The notes beneath the pieces are model-generated. The model made no database searches, was not told where the DNA came from, and saw nothing but the letters and a program-made list of their open reading frames with translations. A stretch of 54,065 bases of DNA, counting the filler, from Dimargaris cristalligena (lineage: Eukaryota), in NCBI GenBank assembly GCA_003614675.1. It is 2 parts of 2 records of this genome, joined end to end, with 100 filler letters (N's around TTAATTAATTAA, not from the genome) between each part and the next. Parts side by side here need not be neighbours in the genome. Positions count along the whole stretch, not along the records: positions 27,084 to 54,065 come from ML002529.1; 1 more part is not named here. One strand, written 5' to 3'. Positions 37,389-47,222 of this stretch are shown piece after piece. Numbering within the stretch: position 1 is the stretch's first letter; each line of letters opens with the position of its first letter. Position numbers and translations under genes: made by a program.

Positions 37389-37835
37389 GGTGGCGAATGA
37401 ATGCGGAAAATAAGGTATTGGGAAGAAAGGAGGGGGTGGAGAAAATAGCAATTGAATGAGCGTCTGCCGAAATTAGCATAGACGAAAGAACAAGTAGGGG
37501 AAGAAAAAAAAAACAATAGTAGTGGCAGTTAGTATAAACATAGCCAAGTGGCAGAGACTAAGGAGTATTTGGTGTACAACGCAAAAGTGTGCGAGTGGCC
37601 GCAACGTCCGGGAACGCCCGTCCCACTTGGATTGAAGAGATACTTAATATGCCACTACTGCCACCTTACGAAGGCCCCAAGCCAGCACCGTCGGTATAGG
37701 GCCTTCCGGCAAGCATCGCTTTACTGAATATACCCCCTACTCCTCAGCCATTCGGAGTCCCGCTTGCATTTGTTATTACGATCACGGGTTATTTATAGTT
37801 CTATAGTTTGATTGTTTTGTCCATTGCGTCGGCCC

Positions 37836-39134
37836 ATGTGGACCTTACGCCAGCTTCTCCTAAGCGCAGCGTTATTGCGGCTTGTGCTGCTCGTCTATGG
37901 CCTGTGGCAAGATGAGCACTTTGTGGTCAAATACACAGACGTCGATTACCGGGTGTTCACCGATGCCGCCCGGTTCGTATGGCAGGGCCAAAGCCCATAC
38001 GAGCGGTCCACCTACCGCTACACCCCTTTACTGGCCTGGCTTCTCATTCCCAATGTCACCCTCCACCCCGCCTTTGGCAAGTTGATCTTCGTGGCCGCGG
38101 ACCTGGCCGTTGGCTATTTGATGGCCCAAGTCGTGGCCACTCGTCCACTTCCCGCTGCCGAAGCCCCGCCGTCCGCACTGGCCCGTGCCTGGTACCGCCG
38201 GAACCCGCTGGCCTCGATTCCGCCCGCTTTACTACCCATCACCCTCATATGGCTGTGGAACCCGATGGTGGCCAATATTTCGACCCGGGGCAACGCGGAG
38301 TCGTTGATGGGATTTCTGGTCCTTCTCACGCTATACTGTCTCAGCCGGGGCTGCCACCGGAGTGCCGCCCTCTTGTACGGCTTATCGGTTCACTTTAAAA
38401 TTTACCCCATTCTCCTGGCCCTACCCCTCATGGTGGCCCTGCGTTGCTATCCATCGTACCTAGGCCACCGCCTTGACCCCACGGCCACCACCTGGTGGAA
38501 ATACATTAACCGCTACCAGATTGAGTTCGCCCTACTAAGCGCTTCGGTGTTTTTCCTGCTCAATGCCGCCATGTACGCTCTGTACGGATTCCCATTTCTC
38601 CACGAAACGTATCTGTACCATATTGTGCGCAAGGACCACCGCCACAATTTTTCCATCTGGTTCTACCCCATCTACCTGATGTACCAGCAGTCCCCCCAGG
38701 GACTGGCCAGTGCCCTCCTGGCCTTCATCCCCCAGTTCGGCCTAAGCCTATTCCTTGGTGTCTTGTACGCTGACGACCTGTTCTTCAGCGGGTTTATGCA
38801 AATCTTTACGTTCGTGGCCTACAACAAAGTGGTGACGTCCCAGTATTTTATGTGGTACTTCTCCCTGCTACCCATGGTCCTACCGGCCGTTCGGGCCTCG
38901 TTTCTGTGGCGGGGGGCTGTCTGGCTGGGGGCCTGGATTGTCGGCCAACTTCTCTGGCTACAATTCGCTTTTCTGTTGGAATTCCGGGGGGAGAATACTT
39001 ATCTGGCCCTCTGGGGTGCCGGCGTGGTCTTTTTCCTTATCAACAACTGGCTCATTTGGCAGGTTGCTCGGTACTATACGCCCCAACCCACATTTACCCC
39101 TTCCGGGTTGGTTCAGCGTGCTAAAATAGCCTAG
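37836..39134 (+). CDS. GPI14: GPI mannosyltransferase I (PIG-M/Gpi14)
   Basis: Intronless multi-pass membrane protein with KYTDVDYRVFTDAA (DxD), SPYERSTYRYTPLLA, ISTRGNAES, HFKIYPI, RKDHRHNFS and NKVVTSQYFMWY. First in-frame ATG is 37836. Confidence 0.95.
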   Translation: MWTLRQLLLSAALLRLVLLVYGLWQDEHFVVKYTDVDYRVFTDAARFVWQGQSPYERSTYRYTPLLAWLLIPNVTLHPAFGKLIFVAADLAVGYLMAQVVATRPLPAAEAPPSALARAWYRRNPLASIPPALLPITLIWLWNPMVANISTRGNAESLMGFLVLLTLYCLSRGCHRSAALLYGLSVHFKIYPILLALPLMVALRCYPSYLGHRLDPTATTWWKYINRYQIEFALLSASVFFLLNAAMYALYGFPFLHETYLYHIVRKDHRHNFSIWFYPIYLMYQQSPQGLASALLAFIPQFGLSLFLGVLYADDLFFSGFMQIFTFVAYNKVVTSQYFMWYFSLLPMVLPAVRASFLWRGAVWLGAWIVGQLLWLQFAFLLEFRGENTYLALWGAGVVFFLINNWLIWQVARYYTPQPTFTPSGLVQRAKIA

Positions 39135-40011
39135 TGGTCCTTGGGGCCTTTATGATCACCTCCAGTTATACTAAACTAATGGCATTGCCTGCTCTGGAAC
39201 TATTATTTGATAGATAAAGGATTTCCATACTAAGTCACACCATTTTACTTACTTAGACTGTTCAAATTGAGCTTGCTTTTTATCAAATGAACTTCCGCCC
39301 TACACTGGTGTGCTCTACCTACTGTTCTTTGGGCAATCCCCCTTGACTAGAGTGAAATGATATCTCTTCCACATGGGGGAGAAATGGTGTAAACAACACC
39401 ACACTTACACGGGGGGGAGGCAGCGAGCATCCCCTCTCCTTGAAAAGTATTTAGTCCCCCCCCCCCAGTAAACCGCCAACTGGGGCTAATTTTCCCCTAG
39501 GGTGTATTCTGAAATCAGTGCCTTGTATTGGAGACATCGGAGCAACGCAATATAGGCAATATTAAAACAATTATCCCTTTCATTGATTTGCGTCGCCCTT
39601 TTTGAGAACTGAATTCCGGTAATTATTGATGCACTATTAGATCCATGGTTAAGCGCCGGGCTATTTTTTGTATATTATATTCTTCATACAACATGCAGCC
39701 TGGTTCTTGAAGCCAGCCCATTCACACCAAGCATCACTTGGCTCGTTTATTCCAAACCACTATTGCCTGTTTATTGCTTCACTTTCTCAGGCCACTGGAG
39801 GCTGACAACTCCGCTCAACTAATTACCGCTTACCCATTTATTATACCTTCGACTATCCCGTTTCCCAGTACTTCCTTTTTGCACTTTGACCAACCTTTCC
39901 CGCATTCGGTCTAATACAGACCCCGTTGAATAGCGGTTGGTCTCCGCATATATATATATATACCCATTGTTATAAACCTCCTCCAATTCCCTATTCCATC
40001 CCTTACGTTCT

Positions 40012-43000
40012 ATGCTTCAAACTCCGACCAAAACGACGGGGGCAGCTCCCACTGATCCCCTTAGCTCCACAACCCCACTGACTCGACCTGTTTTACCGAC
40101 CAGCACCGGTACCCCATTCCGGTCAACTACACCCGCTCGTCGGCTAACCGTCACTCCCGGTCGAGGAAGCCCTTTCCGCGCTGGCCCACCACCGGGGACC
40201 TTTAACAGCCCCATTGCCACACCGTTTATCCAACGGCTCAATGGACTAGAGTTACAATGGCGACTCCGGGACGCCTACCGTCTATTACGCAAGAAGGATG
40301 AAAGTAAGTATACTAACGCCTTTTCGTACAGGTTCTGGTCAGATATCAACCCTCCCTCCTTTTTTTCTTTCTTAAATCACATACCCGAACGAGTCCGATT
40401 ATTTCCCCCATGGTTCCATACTTATTCAACCGTTTAATAATGCTCCTGGCCCAATTGATAATACTAGATATCGTTCTGGCCGCTGAAATCGGCCAGAATC
40501 TGTTACGTTCCAACGAGGAAATCAAGGCCTCCTACGAAAAGGTTTTGAAGGACCACGGCGCCTTACTACAGGAATTCGATGAGGTGACCCAGCGGGAGGT
40601 GGATGTCCGGAGACTACTCGGTACCTCCAACCCAGATCCGCCGACCCCCAAGCATATCTCACCCACTGGATCCCAACGGGCCGGGCGCGAGCGAATAGGC
40701 CTGCTACAAGACCTGATCAGCGACCTTGAGCGGAGCAACGCCTCTCTCCAGGAGCGACTGGAGGACGCGGAAACTAAACTCAAAGACAAAACCCGGTCCC
40801 ACCATCGGGAACGGACCGACCTGCAGCAACAGCTCAGGACCGCCGCTTCCGAGGTTGACCGGCTAACCAATCTTAATGCGAATCTCGACGATAGTAAACA
40901 GCGGCTCATCCGGGAAAAGACCGAGTTGGCCAAGTCGCTTAAACAACTTAGTCAGCAGGGCGCTGACGTGCAGTCCCTGCAAACCCGAACGGACGAACTA
41001 CAGCAGGGGCTGTCCACCGCCTTAGCCACTAAAGCCGACTTGACCCGACATATTAGCGAACAGCACCGGACATTGGCTGAACTCGAGCAGCGCTGTCTCG
41101 AATACCAAGAACAACTCGCGGACGCCCAACAGGAGCAGAGCCGCTATCTGGACGAACTCCGGGATGCCGAAGAGACCCGCCGCGCCTATGCCGAGGCCCA
41201 GGAAACGATCCATGCCCTCACTACCCAAGTCGAGGAGTTGCAAAACCGGGAATCTACTACAAATGCTAGCAGTGGGGAAACCCCCGGTAACCCAACGGCC
41301 GATACCCAATCCCTATTGGGTGAGATGGAAGATAAGTGCCGTAGTCTACAAACCAAACACGAGCTACTTACCCAGCGCCATACCGGGTTGGTCAAGGCCC
41401 ATTTCCTGGCCGTACACCAAAAGAAACGGATGAAACACCACCTGGACCGACTCACCACCATGGCCGCTGAGCAACCGGCCCACGAGGCCCAGTTAAAGCA
41501 GCTGGAACAATTACTCAACCATACCCGGGAGGAAAATCAGGAACTGCAACGAAAAGTAGAATGGCTCGAGAATCTGCGCGCCGAGGAACGGGCCCAGCGT
41601 CTTACATGGGTCGACCAGGCCGCCCAAACCGGCGAGTCGATGTTGAATGATATGCGATCCCCCTGTGGCTCTCCCCTACGATTTGAAAAATTGGCCGATA
41701 AGGCCGTCCAAGTCAGCATCAGCCAGCCCGACGACAATTGCAATGATGACCTGTCCACTTCAATGATGGTATTCCCAGTCATAGGTTTTGGTAGAGTAGC
41801 CAGTCCTTTGGAGGTGGATGGTTCGGTGCAATCCCTAGCGGCAATCGAACGGGCCAACGCCACAATTGAACATCTTGAGAATCTGGTGGAGCGGTTAATT
41901 AGCGAAAATGACGATCTGCAAACCCGGTTAGACTCGGCCCCGACACCCCCCGGTTCCAAGGGCGCAGAAGTAGCGAACCAAAAAGACGAGGAAATCCGGG
42001 GCCTGCGGACCCGGCTCCAACAACTCCAATCGGAGTGCGACGAAGCCGGGGAAAAACTGCAGCTGGCTTTGGCCAGAAAGTCTCTATCACCACCACCCAT
42101 GGACCCGGGCCTCAGTCCACCGATGATGAACGACCGGTTACCGGTACTTAAGCCCCCACTCTCGCGTTCACCAGTCATCTCACCCCCGTCTTCCGGCTCG
42201 TTCGCCCCGACGATGGCCACGGTCCAAATGGCCAAACTCAAGGCCCAACTAGCGACCACCCGACCGCGGTTAGCCACTCGCCGCGACAAACGCCGGGTCT
42301 TTTCCGGCCACCGCGCCGAAATCCTACCCATGCGTCCCCTGCGGGCCGCCTACCGGGATGTGGAAATCCCCCTCGCTTCCTCCACTGGCAGCCAATCGTC
42401 GTCGCCCGCCAATTCCCCCCGACCGCGCTTGCGCCTGGGTTCCGGTACGCGGGACCGCCCACACACGAAATTCGTTTCGCCACCCCCGCCCCCACGGCCC
42501 ACGGACCCCTCGTATTCGTCCCTCTCCATGACCATGTCCATGGATATGTCCATGGCGTCGCCACCCCCGCCCCCCACCGTATTACCGCCGGCACCCCCCT
42601 CACCGCCGTCAATACCGCGGTCTTCGGTCGGACGGAAACCCTACCGGTCGTTCCAACACCGCCCGCCTGCCCCTTCCCACCGCGTGGGCCTAGGGGTCCA
42701 TTCCACCCCCACCCACTCCAAATCTATCAAAGGGCCGCCTACTCTGCAATTGACCACCGCCCACGCGGGAGGGGATTCCACGGGCCCTGCTGCGGGTCTG
42801 TTGGCCCCACCTAATAATAATACTTCCCCGGGGGACCAAGGGAAATCGCCCGCCACCGTGAATACTACTATTTCACCCCGTACTAATACCGCTGGCAGCG
42901 GGACATCCTCCCCATTAATTGGCCTAGGAACTACCCGTATTCCGCGTCGCACCTCCGGGGGATCATTTACGGAAAATGCCGCCGGCGGTCGAAAGCCCCC

Positions 43001-43178
43001 CATGGCCTATTTATCCCGCCGCGTATCGCATGACCCCACTATCCGACGGTCGACGGCTTCAGCTGATTTCCCGATTACCACCCTAAAGTCCTCCACGCGC
43101 GAACACTCCAAAAATACTAGCCGGCGGAGCTATCGTCAACCCTCTCCTGTCAATGCTAACGAATGTAATCAACAATAA
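40012..43178 (+). CDS. SPDL1: Spindly-like dynein-dynactin activating adaptor (coiled coil, CC1 box, Spindly motif, C-terminal CaaX-type CNQQ)
   Basis: Exons 40012-40303 and 40468-43178 (GTAAGT...TAG, phase 1; 3003 nt, 1000 aa). CC1 box KKDENIVLAAEIGQNLLRSN; long coiled coil; Spindly-motif-like SLLGEMEDK followed by QKKRMKHHLDRL; Pro/Ser-rich tail ending ECNQQ*. Confidence 0.75.
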
Positions 43179-44705
43179 TCGCCTCATTTGCCCTTTTTGT
43201 GTGTGTTTGGTGTGCATTTAACAGTGCCTCACTTTTTTCTCCTTCAATAGTGCTTCGGTTACTCTTATTCTACTTCTTTTCTATGTTTCTTTACTCCCCA
43301 TCCTCTCGCTTTTTTTTTTGTATTACTTTACTGTCTCATCTGGAGGCACAATGTGCTATAGCCTACCCATTTGCAACGACGCCTGTCTGAACCTACTTGA
43401 TAACCCATGTGTCGCACAATTGTCTAATTTACTCTTTAGAAACATTCTAGGCTGTGTTTAAAGAACTAAACCCGGCATTAAAAAAAATCTAACCAAAGCA
43501 CCATTTAAATAATAAGCAAGCTTCTATTTCGAGGACTTATGAGAGATAAGGTGTAGAACATACTATCCCATGTTTTCTGCTAGCGAGAGCTACCTTGGGC
43601 CTCCTCCAATGCGAGGTCGAAATGGTTCGATCAAGTAACTGGCCAAACCAGTACAAATAGGGATGCAATTTAGCGATGCGCGGGAGGATATGTGCTACTA
43701 GCGGGCATGACGGGAATCCGGGCTATGATAGAAAAGCCCCGGATAAATATTATTTTGAGAATAATGCCAGGGGTTTTGAATTATAGGATATTGCCAGTCT
43801 TGTATTCTCCGACCCTCGGGTTGGATGTCTCGGGCAATTTTGAATATACCAAGCGCTACAGCGGTCCAAACAATTATAAACTAAGCGGAACATACCGTTA
43901 TTGTGGCGACCTATTTAAGAGGCAGGTTGGCTCCGCGAAATCAAATCTCCTTAATTTTACCTGATTGTATATGGAACGCGATTAATTTATAGACCATGCG
44001 TCGGAATTCGAGATTCCGCCGGGGGGTTTTCGCCTAGTACCCAGTACCAATACCCCCTTCCGGTTGGAATTCATTAAAAATAGCAGTTGATACTCCCCTC
44101 TTACTTGGCCCGGAATTGTCCGCTAGGAGTCGCGGTGGGCATGTAGCGTAGATACCGTGCATTTCAAAGCCAGCCATGGTTCACTCCGTTCCGTTCCACG
44201 CCAGCGTGCACGTTGATTTGCGATGTTATATTGATCATTTTATTAGCAGCAGCACTGACCTTAAGCACAATAGAGTATATGTTGACCTGCGAAACCAACC
44301 ACCGACCATTGTTGTCGCGGCCGAATAAAATGAAGTCTGGCCAGCAAATGAATAGTTTATACTGCACTGTATTGTTTGGGGTCAGTAGGTGCAATTGGGG
44401 GTGTGGTGTATTGTCTGGGTTGGTGCTGTTGGGACCAAGCGTAGCTAAGCTGCACAATAGCCGAGCGTAGTGTTCCTAGTTGCCGGGAGCAGCGCATAGC
44501 AGGGAACAATACGGCGGACAATCCCAACGGTTATCGCTGGGCCCCGTGCGGGTTCTCTCTCTAGCTGCCCAAGCACATGCCACACCACCAGCCGGCAGTA
44601 GTGCGCCTGGGCCCATCTCAGGCCTTTTCCCTGAGAAGTTTTGTAGGTTTCCATAAGCCCATCTGTCCAGGCCCCCCCCCCTGCACATTGCCTTCCCTCC
44701 CTCTG

Positions 44706-44860
44706 TTTATACCAACTGCCCGTTCCTTCCCAGCTCTCATCCAAGTCCTTCTCTTTTATACCAACTGCCCGTTCCTTCCCAGCTCTCATCCAAGTCCTTC
44801 TCTTTTATACCAACTGCCCGTTCCTTCCCAACTCTCATCCAAGTCCTTCTCTTTTATACC
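44706..44860. repeat. Tandem repeat, 49-bp unit, about 3.2 copies, upstream of the MAPK gene
   Basis: Unit tttataccaactgcccgttccttcccagctctcatccaagtccttctct starts at 44706, 44755 and 44804 (one g>a change), with a partial copy at 44853. Confidence 0.95.
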
Positions 44861-44997
44861 CATTTAACCATAAGGCTTACAACCGTCAATACAAGCTCCC
44901 TTAACATCCCTTACTAGCCTGGCATTTGACCTGGTCGTTATATTTCACCCACTCTCACTCCCCCCTGTACCTGTCAGATCCGTCCCTACACTCGACC

Positions 44998-46481
44998 ATG
45001 GCTTCGAACCCCCCTTCTCTCATGACCAACCTGCCCCAGGCCATAGCCAGCCGCTATCGTCTTAAACGTGATATCGGCCAGGGCGCCTACGGCCTTGTTT
45101 GGTAAGTCGACCCTCCTCCACCGCCCTTGGGCATTCATCCCGGCGGGCCTACTATTAGCTTGTACAGGAGGATACCGTACACCCTGTAGTATTACTACAA
45201 CTCTACCGTACAATTGCAAGGCAAACTATATGCTTGAACTCTCCCCTCCGCCTGCAACTCACCCATGGTTACCCCACCTTTTACTATCCTCATTGAATGC
45301 TTCCCCCCGGTTCCAGCGAGGCCGAGGATATGATGACCGGCAAACTGGTGGCCATCAAAAAGGTGACCCGTATCTCGGATAAGGAAATTCTGGCCAAGCG
45401 CTGTCTCCGGGAAATCAAACTGCTGCGTCATTTTAGCGGGCACGACAACATCATTTCCCTCATTGACCTGGAAATTTCCCACCCGGACCACTTCAACGAA
45501 GTGTACATGATCCAGGAGCTAATGGAAGCTGACTTGCACCAGATTATTCGTTCGGGCCAGCCACTCACCGACGCCCATTTCCAGTACTTCATTTTCCAAA
45601 TCTGCCGCGGCCTAAAATACATCCACTCCGCCAATGTGCTGCACCGGGACATGAAACCGGGTAATCTGCTCGTTAACGCCGACTGCGAGTTGCGCATCTG
45701 CGATTTCGGCCTGGCCCGCGGCTACGCCGATACAGTCGAGGGTAACGCTGGGTTCATGACCGAATACGTGGCCACGCGGTGGTATCGGGCCCCGGAAATC
45801 ATGCTGTCCTTCCAATCCTACACCAAAGCCATTGACATTTGGTCGGTGGGCTGTATCTTTGCCGAAATGTTGGGCGGTCGGCCGTTATTCAAAGGCCGGG
45901 ATTATGTGGACCAACTCAACCAAATCCTCAGTATCCTCGGTACCCCCGATGACGAAACACTCCGCCGTATCGGAAGCGAGCGGGCCCAAATGTATATCCG
46001 TTCCCTGCCCTTCACCCCTAAACTCCCCTTCCACCAGCTCTACCCCAACGCCACCGCCCCCGCTTTGGACCTCCTCGAAAAATTACTCGCGTTCGATCCG
46101 GCCCGGCGTATCACCATCGAAGAGGTCCTCCAGCACCCGTACTTGGAAGCCTACCACGAACCCGAGGATGAACCCGCCCACGACCATATGTTCGACTTTT
46201 CGTTCGAGAGTGCCCACGATATTGACCAGATTAAACACATGATCGCCCGCGAAATCGCCGGTTTCAAGGCCGCCCAGCGACCTCCCGTGCAACGGCGGCC
46301 CAGTGTGCGCACCCAAGTCACCGATCCCGCTCCGGACAGCGCCGCCGGTCCAGGTCAGGGCTACGAAGAGCAGGCCGGCATCGCTGCCGGGGCCGTTCCC
46401 GCCCAAAATATTCACGCGGCTTCCAACATGGATATCGACTCGTCGGAATTGGAACGTGAATTGGCCGGCATTGGTTCGTAG
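44998..46481 (+). CDS. SLT2: Cell-wall-integrity MAP kinase (Slt2/Mpk1/Pmk1 type)
   Basis: Exons 44998-45101 and 45317-46481 (422 aa). Exon 1 supplies [10 protein letters not shown]. Contains [28 protein letters not shown], the TEY activation loop ([18 protein letters not shown]) and the Slt2-type [13 protein letters not shown]. Confidence 0.9.
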
Positions 46482-47222
46482 TTAATCTACTTCTCCCCCC
46501 TCCCCTCCCACCACCATTCATACACCCCATTTGACTTATCTCCCCGCCTCGACCACTTTATTGTCCTTCCGAATTCTTAAGTATGCTCGCTATTCTCGAA
46601 ACAACCACTTCGATTTCATATTAAAGTCTGGGGATCATGCTCCAATTAAACCCTTATTTTAACCTAACCCAAACACACGTGTAACTGATATCATGTTAGA
46701 TAGAGGGATACATTCAAACCACATGCTTGATTGAGCGGTTGGCTAGATGCTAATATTTCGTGCCATAAACAAATAACTCCGACCCATTTTTACTTCTACA
46801 ATCCAGAATGATTTTGAGTGAAGACCCATAGAACAAATCAAGGCCTTACCTGGCTATGGTTATGAGTGAGTCTCCGGTGTATCGATACAACCTATAACAA
46901 TCGTCTGTTAAAGTTTAAGACTATTATATTGAGGGAGAAATGGTTAGATCATTTTAAAGTGAAATAGATATAGTGAAAAATGTCGCAACATGAATGGATG
47001 ATGCTGACCCTCTAATGATAAGAATTAACGCAAGAAACTGAAATGAACAATAATTTTATAGAGCGAGACTGATAGACAATATATAGTCGGGAAAATGGTA
47101 GAATGAATATATAAATGGAAGGAAAAGTAGAAGGAGGAGGAGAAAGAATACCAAACGAGTCATTTAAACCGTTAAACAATAAATCCCGTTCATACCCCCC
47201 CTCCTCGGTATATATATATATT

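Noticed and set aside
40410..40467. Hydrophobic N-terminus MVPYLFNRLIMLLAQLIIL as a signal peptide of the coiled-coil protein
   Set aside because: It is the 3' end of an intron; splicing 40303 to 40468 gives the continuous helix LLRKKDENIVLAAEIG expected before a CC1 box.
41537..42331. 264-aa antisense ORF, and similar shadow ORFs within the LRR, RPT6, SRP68 and kinase genes
   Set aside because: Overlap well-supported genes in GC-rich coding sequence; expected shadow frames with no motifs.
44706..44860. CRISPR-like array
   Set aside because: Units are contiguous with no unique spacers, there are no cas genes, and the context is eukaryotic; it is a simple tandem repeat.
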